Shown here: piece by piece, positions 12,801-23,949 of the stretch
Position numbering within the stretch: the first letter of the stretch is position 1
Layout: every line of letters starts with the position of its first letter
Origin: Macrostomum lignano
Taxonomy: Eukaryota
Assembly: GCA_002269645.1 (NCBI GenBank)
Contig: NIVC01001129.1
Coordinates: forward strand, 62,001-126,000
Direction of reading: 5' to 3'
Length of the DNA: 64,000 nt
Notes under the pieces: model-generated
The model's input: the letters and a program-made list of their open reading frames with translations, nothing else
What the model was told of the DNA's origin: nothing
The model's database searches: none
Translations under genes and position numbers: made by a program

Positions 12801-15800
12801 CGTGTGGGGTATGGGAATCTTACGTGTGGGGTATGGGAATCTTACGTGTGGTATGGGGTCTTGCGTGTGGGGTATGGGTGTCTTACGTGTGGGGTATGGG
12901 TGTCTTACGTGTGGGGTATGGGAATCTTACGTGTGTGGTATGGGGTCTTGCGTGTGGGGTATGGGTGTCTTACGTGTGGGGTATAGGTGTCTTACGTGTG
13001 GGATATGGGGTCTTGCGTATGGGGTATGGGATTCTGCCGTGTGGGATGTGGGAATCTTACGTGTGAGGTGTGGGAGTCTCACGTGTGGCGTATGGGAATC
13101 TTACGTGTGGGGTATGGGAATCTTACGTGTGGGGTATGGGAATCTTAAGTGTGGGGTATGGGGTCTTACGTGTGGGATATGGGGTCTTGCGTGTGGGGTA
13201 TGGGTGTCTTACGTGTGGGGTATGGGAATCTTACGTGTGGGGTATGGGTGTCTTACGTGTGGGGTATGGGGTCTTACGTGTGGGATATGGGGTCTTGCGT
13301 ATGGGGTATGGGATTCTGCCGTGTGGGGTGTGGGAATCATACGTGTGAGGTGTGGGAGTCTCACGTGTGGCGTATGGGAATCTTACGTGTGGGGTATGGG
13401 AATCTTAAGTGTGGGGTATGGGGTCTTACGTGTGGGATATGGGGTCTTGCGTGTGGGGTATGGGTGTCTTACGTGTGGGGTATGGGGTCTTGCGTGTGGG
13501 GTATGGGTGTCTTACGTGTGGGGTATGGCGTCTTACGTGTGGGGTATGGGGTCTTACGTGTGTGGTATGGGGTCTTGCGTATGGGGTATGGGATTCTGCC
13601 GTGTGGGGTGTGGGAATCCTACGTGTGAGGTGTGGGATTCTCACGTGTGGCGTATGGGAATCTTACGTGTGGGTATGGGAATCTTACGTGTGGGGTATGG
13701 GAATCTTAAGTGTGGGGTATTGGGTCTTACGTGTGGGATATGGGGTCTTGCGTGTGGGGTATGGGTGTCTTACGTGTGGGATATGGGGTATTGCGTGTGG
13801 GGTATGGGTGTCTTACGTGTGGGGTATGGGAATCTTACGTGTGGGGTGTGGGAATCCTACGTGTGGGGTATGGGTCTTACGTGTGGGGTGTGCATGCCTG
13901 AGTTCATTGTGCCGTATGAGGTTACGCAATGATACGCAAACAGATAATTTAATAGCCGTTTACCTCAGCCTCAAATCCAATATCTACAATCTTGTTAGCA
14001 ATCTGCGAAGCCAGTATATAAGACGGATCGAAACGAACTTCCGCAGTGCCGCTCATCAGGGACACAAGTACACTGTGCACTCCCGCCGCCTTCTTCAATT
14101 GACGCTCAATATTATAGACGCAGCTGGAGCAGGTCATGCCCGACACTCTGATCATGCATTTCTCGCCGTCCAAGCGAAGAGGCGACACGCTGGGACGCGA
14201 CGATGCGGCGGCGGTGATCGCTGGGTCGGCACTGCTGGCATTGGCATTGGCATCGTCGGTGTGAACCAGGAGTTCGTCTGTGCGAAAGCCCAGCTTCAGC
14301 ACCTGGTACATTTTGCGGTGTGCGCAGTGTTGGAGTTGTTCGCTAGTTAATGAATTTGATGCTAGTGGGTCAATCAGTGGGTCAAGCAATGGGTCAATCA
14401 GTGGGTCAGTAAGTCAATCGGTGAGTCAATCAATGGGGCAATAAGTTGTTTTACTCAGTGAGTCAATTAGTGAGTCGATCAGTGGGTCAAGCAATGGGTC
14501 AATCAGTGGGTCAAGCAATGGGTCAACTAGTGGGTCAAGCAATGGGTCAATCAGTGGATCAAGCAATGGGTCAATCAGTGGGTCAACCAGTGGGTCAAGC
14601 AATGGGTCAATCAGTGGGTCAAGCAATGGGTCAATCAGTGAGTCAATCAATGGGGCAATAAGTTGTTTCACTCAGTGAGTCAATTAGTGAGTCAATCAGT
14701 GGGTCAAGTAATGGGTCAATTAGTGGGTCAAGCAATGGGTCAACTAGTGGGTCAAGCAATGGGTCAATCAGTGGATCAAGCAATGAGTAAATCATTGGGT
14801 CAATCAGTGGGTCAATCATTGGGTCAATCAGAGAGTCAATTAGTGGGTCAATCAGAGAGTCAGTGGGTCAATCAGAGAGTCAATCAGTGGGTCAATCCGC
14901 GAGTCAATAAATAGGTCGATAAGCGGGTCAGTCAGCGAGTTAATGAGTGTATATAGTCAAATAAGATTCAAACCAACAATGCAAACCTGATTCCTCAAAT
15001 CTTTCTCGCTGAACCGACTCAAATCGTACACAAAGCGGCCCAACTCATTTTCGAGGTCAACTTTAGCCGACAGCACAGCCGGCACGTTATCTTTGAAATG
15101 GCTCTCAATTTTGTACACGCAGGATTTGCAGTGCATTCCGTAGATTTTGAACTCGGACGAGGCGGTCAACAGAGGAGCGGACAGTTTCTTAGAATTCAAC
15201 TGTTGCTGAGCGTCATCCGCAAATTCTTCAGCCGCAAAGCCCAGCTTAGATATTTGAGCAATTAATTGCTGGACGCTAATCAAATTCGGATCGAATATTA
15301 TTCGGCCGCGATTTTTTTCTAACGACACGGCTACAAATTTGATTCCGGCAAGATTTTGCAGCTGCGACTCGATGGTGCGAACACAGCTGCCGCAGGTCAT
15401 GCCCCGGATGGTCAGGTCGACTGGAACTGATGCGCTGGCTGATGAGGCTGGCGGCTGAGCCTGGGGAGTCTGAGGCTGCTGGCCTGGCCACGCTAGTGTA
15501 GCCGCTGGGGATGAGGTTGGGTGTGGATTCGAGGGTGCGATGAGCGGGTGCGCAACTGTCTGGCGATAGGGAGCGCCGGCTACAGAGGGGTTGCCAGCTA
15601 CAGGAAGGGCGCCAGCTACAGGAAGGGCGCCAGCTACAGAGGGGGCGCCAGCTATAGAGGGGGCGCTAGAGATACAACAGGCGCCAGCTACAGAGGGGGC
15701 GCCAGCTACAGAAGGGGCGCCAGCTACAGAGGGGGCGCCAGCTACAGAGGGGTTGCCAGCTACAGAGGGGTTGCCAGCTACAGAGGGGGCGTCAGCTACA

Positions 15801-17484
15801 GAAGGGGCGCCAGCTACAGAGGGGGCGCCAGCTACAAAGGGGGCGCCAGCTACAGGGAGGGGGCGCGAGCTACATAGGGGGCGCCAGCTACAGGGGGGGG
15901 CAGCTACAGAGGGGGCACCAGCTAAAGACTGGGCGCCAGCTACAGAGGGGTTGCCAGCTACAGAAGGGGCGCCAGCTACAGAGGGGGCGCCAGCTACAGA
16001 GGGGGCGCCAGCTACAGAGGGGGCGCCAGCTACAGAGGGGGCGCCAGCTAGAGAGAGGCGCCAGATAGAGAGGAGGCGACAGCTACAGAAGGGGCGCCAG
16101 CTACAGAGGGGGCGCCAGCTAGAGAGGAGGCGCCAGCTACAGAGGGGGCGCCAGCTACAGAAAGGGCGCCAGCTACAGAAAGGGCGCCAACTACAGAGGG
16201 GGCACCAGCTATAGAGTGGGCGCCAGCTACAAAGGGGGCGCAAGCTACAGAGGGGGCGCCAGCTACAGAGGGGGCGCCAGCTACAGGGGGAGGGTAGCTA
16301 CAGAGGGGGCGCCAGCTAAAGACGGGGCGCCGGCTACAGAAAGGACGCCAGCTACAGAAAGGGCGCCAACTACAGAGAGGGCGCCAGCTATAGAGTGGGC
16401 GCCAGCTACAGAGGAGGCGCCAGCTACAGAGGGGGCGCCAGCTACAGAGGGGGCGCCAGCTACAGAGGGGGCCAGCTACAGAAGGGGCGCCAGCTACAGA
16501 GGGGGCGCCAGCTACAGAGGGGGCGCCAGCTACAGAGGAGGCGCCAGCTACAGAGGGGGCGCCAGCTACAGGGGGGCCAGCTACAGAAGGGGCGCCAGCT
16601 ACAGAAGGGGCGCCAGAAGTGGGATAATCTTGAGGTAGGGAAAGAAGCCTACCATTCTTAGAAACGCCTGCATCAATAGGCAGATGTACGTCGAATCCAG
16701 CATCCTCGATGCACTCCCGAACCTGCTCGGCGCTAATCCTGCTGGGATCAAAATCGATGCTAGCAGATTTATCCTCAAGCGATACTCGCACTGACACAAC
16801 GCCGGGACGAGATTTTAAACAGTTTTCAATATTTTTGACGCAAGATTGACAGGTCATGCCTTCGACTAGAAGTCTAACAGAATCCGTGGTCACTCCGGCG
16901 GTGGATGGCTGGCCGAAAGTTATCTCATCAGGCGGCTGGGAGCTGTCAACTAACCTGGCTTCAAAGCCGCAGTTGTCTATGGCCTCAACCACATCTGCCG
17001 CGGAAATACCAGTGGACAGATGATAGACAGTTGCTAAGGCCTGTTCCAATGACACAGATACAATTAGAACGCCCGGCTGCCCAGCAACTGCTCGTTCAAT
17101 ATTCGACACACAACTTGAACAGGTCATGCCGTCAACTCGAACTAGAGTTCGCCTCAAATCGTGGACTCCAGCTGGCAGACTGGGAGCTGGCTGACATTCG
17201 AATCCCATGTCATCGACACCTGAAGCGACAGTTTCTATGGAGCATTTAGCGGCATCGTGCAGTAGCCAGGCCTCGTTGCGAGCCAAACTAACCGTTGCCA
17301 TGGCGACGCCAGGTGTACCGCGAATCAATTTGTCAGTAATGTTCGATACGCAGGATTGACAGGTCATGCCAATGATTGACAGGTGAGACAAGCGCATGCT
17401 GCTGCTATTATTAGCATTGTTGAGCTCAGCAGCTCCGGCTGGTGGCTTCTGATCCCCCTCAGGGATCATTGCGAAATTTTGCAT
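818..17484 (-). CDS. ATP7: Copper-transporting P1B-type ATPase (ATP7A/B family), 11 exons visible, 3' end runs off the left edge of the window
   Basis: Hand-spliced exons (minus strand): 17484-16653, 15555-14987, 14302-13964, 12154-11654, 10621-10286, 9621-9421, 9061-8806, 4925-4504, 4154-3825, 2525-2165, 1158-818. All introns are GT..AG with matching phases (4,488 nt, about 1,496 aa so far). Motifs: 7x GMxCxxC, TGEP (A-domain), CPC, DKTGT, SEHAI (N-domain), TGDN, GDGIND, YN and MALSS transmembrane Cu ligands. The exact start Met (17484 vs 17469) is uncertain. Confidence 0.96.
1175..2090. repeat. AT-rich degenerate minisatellite, about 20-bp unit GTTAATTATCGATATTGAAA (ATP7 intron 10)
   Basis: Recurrent TTATCGATATT core throughout the intron. 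Confidence 0.9.
2700..3475. repeat. Minisatellite, 23-bp unit GAGATTCTATCCTCTAGAAGGGG (ATP7 intron 9)
   Basis: Direct tandem copies with variable G-runs. Confidence 0.95.
3499..3788 (+). mobile_element. tRNA-derived SINE, family A, 5'-truncated/deleted copy in ATP7 intron 9
   Basis: Shares gcgcggcgctctgatgt, cagtgaagtgtacatgcctaacgat, tgtgcgtatgactgcgtacgtatccgcgcgcttgt and the tgcctctaat..aataaaag tail with the 21131 copy. Confidence 0.75.
4320..4456. repeat. Short degenerate tandem repeat of about 30 bp (TTTTTGGCGCCCATATTT core, ATP7 intron 8)
   Basis: About 5 decayed copies. Confidence 0.55.
4978..8781. repeat. Minisatellite, 33-34-bp unit GTGTCTATGGGGCGATTCCTAGAGAGTATATACA (ATP7 intron 7), with a higher-order duplication
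   Basis: A 3.8-kb array filling the 4926-8805 intron almost end to end. Confidence 0.98.
9165..9312 (-). mobile_element. Second tRNA-headed SINE or tRNA pseudogene (family B) in ATP7 intron 6
   Basis: Minus strand: GTGACCTAGTGGTTAGAGCG (A-box/D-arm), CTCACGT loop, GGGGGTTCGATTCCCG (B-box/T-arm). There is no pairing acceptor stem, and a non-tRNA body follows (...GCAGCTGTAAAATGGGTGCCAG...). Confidence 0.6.
9738..10160. repeat. Minisatellite, 15/21-bp units GGGATTTCTCATTAT(GGGATT) (ATP7 intron 5)
   Basis: Direct tandem copies; source of the spurious GISHY and MRNPI ORFs. Confidence 0.93.
10705..11560. repeat. Minisatellite, 23-24-bp unit TAAGGTGTCTTTAGGGAGGTCAAG (ATP7 intron 4)
   Basis: Direct tandem copies. 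Confidence 0.95.
12250..13890. repeat. G-rich minisatellite, about 22-bp unit GTGTGGGGTATGGGAATCTTAC (ATP7 intron 3)
   Basis: Direct tandem copies with variant blocks. Confidence 0.95.
14362..14935. repeat. Minisatellite, 12-bp units GGGTCAATCAGT/GGGTCAAGCAAT (ATP7 intron 2)
   Basis: Direct tandem copies. Confidence 0.92.
15575..16618. repeat. GC-rich minisatellite, 18-bp unit GGGGGCGCCAGCTACAGA (ATP7 intron 1)
   Basis: Fills the 15556-16652 intron. Confidence 0.96.
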
Positions 17485-18439
17485 GAAAATATAATAATAA
17501 AGTATGTGATTCTAACTGTTATTTTAAGCAAAACTACTAACTAGAAGTAACTAGAAGTAGTGTAATTTGAGCATTTCTGTCTTTTTTGTTATTTTTAATT
17601 CTTCCACATCCCTCGAAGCTGCAAGTATGATAGTTTAAATATAAACTTTTACTGAAAAAACGCTACCTACTTACTGCTAGTAGTTAAAAGCAAACATAAT
17701 GATAACAAAAGTCGAAGTCAGTTGAATCATTTATTAATTTATTTTCAAAGCAGACACTTTATATTTCAACCTTGGCCTCGGGAGGGACTCTGATTGAATC
17801 GATCAATTACTATAAAAAATACCTGCGCAAGCAATTCGTCCATTACAGACAAAAAATAACTCCGAATTAGAAAACCATGCACAGATAAAATTACATTTGA
17901 AATTTATAAGCAAACAAATAATTTTTTATACAAGTGACACGACGAGAAACAAAAAACAATGTGTAAATAAAGCAGGTTATTACTTCCAGGAAGATGGTCC
18001 AGAACACAAGAATCACAATTTTATATTATTATAACAACAACAACAGGGTCTAAAATTACAATAGTGTGGAACGCTGAAATTTTAATAATAAATGTCAAGC
18101 CCCACTTGAAATGTTGTTCGCATTACAAATTTTATAATATTGTTAGCCAAAATAACAATATAGTTAATACAGTTAATAGTTAATATCTGCATTATTGACA
18201 GTAGGCAGTCAAAACTAAAAATAATGACAGGCAATAAAATAATTATAAAGTGCACACGGTGAAAGCGATAAGGCCCGGCCGCTACCCAAAGGACTGCTTA
18301 ATAACTATGAGTTGTTAAGTAGTCCTTGCCACTACTAGTCTGTAGATCTGTTTCGCACAGGTGGGTATTAAGTGGATAGGGAGGATGCGAAAGGAGAATG
18401 GCTTTATAGATGAAAGTGATAGGACGAGTTGGGAGGACG

Positions 18440-18925
18440 GAGAGGAGAAGAAAGGAGAGGAGAGGAGAGGAGAGGAGAGTAGAGTAGAGAAGAGGAGAGG
18501 AGAGGAGAGGAGAGGAGAGGAGAGGAGAGGAGAGAAGAGGAGAGGAGAGGAGAGGAGAGGAAAGGAGAGGAGAGAAGAGAGGAGAGGAAAGGAGGAGAGG
18601 GTAGGAGAGGAGAGGAAAGGAGAGGAAAGGAGGAGAGGAGAGGAGAGGAGAGGAAAGGAGAGGAGACGAGAGAAGAGGAGAGGAAAGGAGAGGAGACGAG
18701 AGAAGAGGAGAGGAGAGGAGAGGAGAGGAAAGGAGAGGAGAGAAGAGAGGAGAGGAAAGGAGGAGAGGGTAGGAGAGGAAAGGAGAGGAGAGAAGAGGAG
18801 AGGAGAGGAGAGGAAAGGAGGAGAGGAGAGGAGAGGAGAGGAAAGGAGAGGAGACGAGAGAAGAGGAGAGGGTAGGAGAGGAGGAGGAGGGTAGGAGAGG
18901 AGAGGAAAGGAGAGGAGACGAGAGA
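18440..18925. repeat. Polypurine (AGAGG)n-type microsatellite
   Basis: Essentially pure A/G tract on the + strand. Confidence 0.95.
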
Positions 18926-19736
18926 ATGTACGAGAAAGGACAAAAGCAGAGAATGTGAGGTGAAGGGGCTGCATTAGCATGATGAAATAAGTAAAGCACG
19001 GAAAGCCCTCTACATATAGGAGAAAGAACAAATTAGTTGTGGTATAATCGTTAGTTAGAAGCAGCAAACTAATAAAGTTGCCTCTTAAATAAAATATCAT
19101 GAAATAATTTGCCAGACCTCTGTCTAGCACTGTTAATCAAACAAAGCCTATATCTAACCGGCGTACTTGCTGATACAAAAAATTACAAAAAACTATTTAT
19201 TTAAAAGAAAGTCGAACAAACAGACAAAGAAACAAACAACTGGCCAAATATTTATCCAGCAGCACCGTGTTTATTTAAATTAACTACTCTTAGTAGAACT
19301 AAGATATATAGGGCTTTATTTAGGCAACGAAAAAAATTGACCCGAAAAGGGCCGTTTTACTTTCATAGAAGCTTTACAACAGGCTTAGACTGACTGCAAA
19401 TCGATGCGCAGCAACTATCTTTATTCTCTTCTATTAATTTACTGCCTGCATGTACTAACTCTTCCGCCAGCACTGATACTAGAATAACTAGATGTCACTC
19501 GTAAAAAATTGCCTATCAACTCTTTTGGGTAGTAAAGTTAGCTTTTTTTCCTTTATATTAGCAAAAAATAATTAAATTTTACAAGACATTTACAGTTTTT
19601 TAGCTGCAGCAAACGCTGAGCAAAATGGGGCCTGCAACCTAGTGGCCTAAATCTATCGAGCAAGACAAAAAAGGTGCCGCCCCAGCCAGACCGATAAACG
19701 GTTAGACTTTCCTCATGCCCGCTTGTGTTCTGACCT

Positions 19737-20060
19737 CTCTCCTTACTGCTCTCATTGGCTGAGCTAGATTGGGCCTGCCTCTAGGGCCTAGGCTTAGTTT
19801 TGTCCGTCTGACTTTGACTTCTCTCCTTACTGCTCTCTCATTGGCTGAGCTAGATTGGGCCTGCCTCTAGGGCCTAGGCTGAGTTTCGTCCGTCTGACTT
19901 TGACTTCTCTCCTTACTGCTCTCTCATTGGCTGAGCTAGATTGGGCCTGCCTCTAGGGCCTAGGCTGAGTTTCGTCCGTCTGACTTTGACCTCTCCTTAC
20001 TGCTCTCTCATTGGCTGAGCTAAATTGGGTTTGCCCCCTAGGCACAGGTTCGTCCGTCTT
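19737..20060. repeat. About 3.8 tandem copies of an approximately 85-bp unit, each with two ATTGG (CCAAT) motifs
   Basis: Unit starts at 19737, 19821, 19907 and 19991: ctctccttactgctctctcattggctgagctagattgggcctgcctctagggcctaggct... Confidence 0.9.
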
Positions 20061-21130
20061 GCGTTCATTTGTGTACATCGAGTTAAATGCTTGTTTATTC
20101 TTATCCTCGTACACTTCTGAGGCCGCAAACCCCCTAGAAAGGAAATTAGCTGCCACATTAAATTCAAGTGACACTGCGCTAAAAAAACTACTGAATAATG
20201 AGTAAGCTTTTTCATCACTTTCATCACTTTCACCACTTTTTCATCAGTCTAATTGTCAGTGAAATATCTAGTTTTTCTAGTAACCTGTGGTCTCTAGTAA
20301 GGTTTAATATTATAGTACACAGAAGCCAACACAAGCAAAAAGATATACAAAAAAACAAAAATACAAACTGGATGACTGAGCAGACTCTTATTCTACCTAA
20401 TAAAAGCGTATATTAGAAAATAAATTGACGATTAAACTCGAACAAAGTAACAAAAACAACGGCAGATTTGAATTCAATAAATATGGAAAAATAATGGCCG
20501 ATATGTATCGTAGTAAGCATAACAAAGAGAAATAAAACCTTGCAACTTCCCTAATTACATGAGAACCAGGATACTAAAAACGAAAAAAAAAACTTTTTAA
20601 TAACGCCCCAAATATCAAAGCCCAATAAAGTAGAAATTTTGAAATATAAATATAAGAAAAATTTACTAACGCTAACCGAAATTATACAGACACACTGCTA
20701 CAGTGGAAAAGTTGTATTGTTTAAAAACTTAATATAAGCATTCTAGCAAAGAATGATTTCTTATGAGCGAAGCACTAAATTAAGGTTGACTAATAAAAAA
20801 ATTATTAGGTACATCTTCTATTTTGTCGAAGCCTGTATGGACAATCCTGCCATCTATAGCTGTCGCTTTAATTATTTAAATTGTCAATCCGGATCCAAAA
20901 TCTATTAGTGGGGGATAGGCGTGGTCACGAGGGCTGGCCATAGACAATACGGTGCAACACTACGCAGCCAGACAAAGCCTTACTAGCCGAAAAGGGACCG
21001 TTTTATCTGTGCACAAAGAATTAACTGTACGCTCGTACAAGTGCACATTATAAAGTACATCTATTTCCGCTCATCCGCTACGCATTTTATTTTTTATTTT
21101 TAAGTCAGAAAACAGACCAATTTTGGGAAT

Positions 21131-21505
21131 GACCGTAGCCCAGTGGTCTAGCGCGGCGCTCTGATGTGCCAGCGGCCCAGGCTCGATTCCAAGTGCAGTC
21201 AAATTAATTTGGGGTCGAATTGGACTGGACTGGGGCTCGGTTTGGGTCTGCTCGGGTAATTAACGGCCTGGAGGGCTTAAGGCACAGTGAAGTGTACATG
21301 CCTAACGATCAATTAAGTTAGGGTCGTTGTACACTCCTGTTGAGTGTGTGCCTGTGCGTATGACTGCGTACGTATCCGCGCGCTTGTATGCCTGCTCAGG
21401 GGAGTCGGCGGAATGGGCAGTAATGCCTCTCGCCGGTTGTGCGGCAATGTCGCTAAAAGTGCACCCGAGTGTACTGTGCACACAGCTCCCTGCCTCTAAT
21501 AAAAG
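21131..21505 (+). mobile_element. tRNA-derived SINE, family A, full-length copy
   Basis: A-box TAGCCCAGTGG, B-box-like GGCTCGATTCC, body shared with two other copies, ends in AATAAAAG. Confidence 0.8.
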
Positions 21506-21776
21506 ACCTATTTGAGTCAGTTAAAATATTTATGCAGTCAGGGTTGCTGTCTATGCTTGACCAGGAAAGGCTGTATAGAACTTGGTCTTTTCTTAGTCAA
21601 AGACAGCTCTGCTCTCAATCCAGCAACTTAGGAGTTCTAACAATTTCTTTACAGTTTCCAACTCTCCACTTCAATCAGTACCTGCTAGAAAGGTTGCTTG
21701 GCAACAGTTGCACAGCGTTGATATACAAATATACAAACACGAAATCAAAGTTACTCGTCTAGTTATGCTAGACATG

Positions 21777-22520
21777 CTATTGAGTCTGTTCCACACTGCT
21801 TCCACCGGAAGCGGACGCCAGCGCACCGCCGGAACCGGAAGCTGCGCCGCCCCCTGCGGAAGCGCCCGACCGACTGCTATCGCGACTAGTCAATCGATCG
21901 ATAAACTCCTGCAAAGGAGCCAACTCCTTGCGTTCGACCAAATTGAACTCTTGCACAAAGTAGATGAAATGTTTAAACGACGTGTTCAAATGAGCCTCTT
22001 CTTTTAGTTCGCAGACCTCTTTAAAGTGTTGATGATAAATGTGCGCATAGATTCGAAACAGTCGCTTCAAGATTGTTTTAGCGACTGACAAGAAGTTCTT
22101 GGGAAATGGCACGTTAATCTTTGATGGGAACAAGGTCTCGTCGTCCAGCTGAGACTGTACCCAGGTGAGCAAGTAGTCAATATACCGAGGCGCAGTGCAT
22201 TTAATTGGCTTCTTAATCTTCTCACCGTCAGCCCAGTGGTATTCATATTTCGGCCCAGCCGACATCACTGGGCAGGCGGCGTCGGTGCAAAACTCTGTCA
22301 ACGTGCCGTACAGCATGTGAATCTGATTGAAAAAGTCTACAGTGTTCACCGCAATCCATTCGTTGGCATCTTCGCCTTCTGGCAGTCTGACAGCCAGTCT
22401 GAGATCTCCGCTGCCCAGAGTTTTAGCGGCTTTCTGCAACAAATCATACTGATGCGTGCCCTCTTGGATGCTCTTCTTTGGCCTGAACGTTTTGTTGTTC
22501 TTGCCGAATATAAAGTTCAT
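21777..22520 (-). CDS. MOB1: MOB kinase activator 1 (MOB1/Mats), intronless CDS, 247 aa
   Basis: The ORF contains hallmark MOB1 sequence: KTFRPKK, TLGSGDLRLAVRLPEGEDANEWIAVNTVDFFNQI, CPVMSAGPKYEYHWADG, RLFRIYAHIYHQHF, AHLNTSFKHF. Threonines equivalent to the MST-phosphorylated T12/T35 are present (T11, T34). Confidence 0.97.
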   Translation of the reverse strand: MNFIFGKNNKTFRPKKSIQEGTHQYDLLQKAAKTLGSGDLRLAVRLPEGEDANEWIAVNTVDFFNQIHMLYGTLTEFCTDAACPVMSAGPKYEYHWADGEKIKKPIKCTAPRYIDYLLTWVQSQLDDETLFPSKINVPFPKNFLSVAKTILKRLFRIYAHIYHQHFKEVCELKEEAHLNTSFKHFIYFVQEFNLVERKELAPLQEFIDRLTSRDSSRSGASAGGGAASGSGGALASASGGSSVEQTQ

Positions 22521-22844
22521 GTCGGGTCTAGAAAAATCTCAAGGCGGTAAAGATGACTGACTGGCCGGCCTTTTTCTTTCAAGAAGCAGTTTTAACAAGT
22601 TGATTGAGCAGGAAAATTAAACATTGAAACAGTGATTGCATAAGCAAATTACACTGGACATGTTTTGATACCGAAGATCTGGACTTAAGCTGACTTGATG
22701 ATTGCACACAATATGATCCAATTATGCTTCTTTACTGGAAACTTATTGGACACTCGCTGGTAAGAGAGACAAACATACACATAAGCTATATAATAAACTT
22801 AAGGAACTCAATAAGAGGCTTGCTCGGGAAGCATGGGGACTTAA

Positions 22845-23445
22845 AGAGGGGAATTGCACAGATGACATAGGGTCTCGCATAGGGAAATCACACATAAAGG
22901 CACATAGACTCAGAGGGGAATTACACAGATGGCGTAGGGTCTCAGAGGAAAATTACACATAAGGGCACATAGACTCAAAGAGGAGAATTACACAGATGGC
23001 ATAGGGTCTCAAAGAGGGGAATTACACAGATGGCATAGGGTCTCAAAGAGGGGAATTACACAGATGGCATAGGGTCTCAAAGAGGGGAATTACACATAGG
23101 GCACATAGACTCAGAGGGGAATTACACAGGTGGCATAGTGTCTCAAAGAGGGGAATTACACATAGGGCACATAGACTCAAAGAGGAGAATTACACAGATG
23201 GCATAGGGTCTCAAAGAGGGGAATTACACATAGGGCACATAGACTCAGAGGGGAATTACACAGGTGGCATAGGGTCTCAAAGAGGGGAATTACACATAGG
23301 GCACATAGACTCAAAGAGGGGAATTACACAGATGGCATTGGGTCTCAGAGGGGAATTACACAGACGGCATAGGGTCCCAAAGAGGGGAATTACACAGTCG
23401 GCATAGGAACTCTTAGGGGGAATTACACAAGTAGTATATAGAGGC
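22845..23445. repeat. Minisatellite, 33-34-bp unit GAGGGGAATTACACAGATGGCATAGGGTCTCAAA, in a putative MOB1 5'-UTR intron (22757-23599)
   Basis: Direct tandem copies. Minus-strand donor GTAAGC at 23599 and acceptor tctctcttaccAG at 22757. Confidence 0.9.
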
Positions 23446-23949
23446 TTAGAGAGGAATTAATCTGGTGGCAAAGGGACTCAGGGGGGGGGGATAACACACA
23501 TGACTCAACTGTTCTCAACTGTCTAGATATTAAGAAACAAAAAGAAGCAAAACACAGACAAAATTTCCAAACAGAAAAATGCACAGTCAAGCAGCTTACT
23601 TAGACAAATGGCAGACGCAAATTTATTTAACTTCCCTGTCAATTTAGCTTATCCCAAACCGGTACACAGGAAAACAGCACGGCATTGTACGAGTATGTAA
23701 CTGCAAAGGGTCAATAGGCACAAAAAATAACAACAAAAACTGTTTTCAATACGAAATACTTGCCATTCATAATAAACCGATAGAGAGCTCACTGTCACAT
23801 CAAGATTAATGAGTACTAAATTGATAATGAGATACCAATAATTTATTCTTAACAAATATTTTCATAGTGGGATTTTTTATTTAAAATAAATTAAAGAATT
23901 AGCGACAGTGAATTTTTTAATAATTGAAACTTACAGATCTAAAGCTACG

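Noticed and set aside
12181-14350. Cys/Trp/Gly-rich long ORFs (up to 395 aa)
   Set aside because: They are translations of the 22-bp array in ATP7 intron 3, partly running antisense to exon 3.
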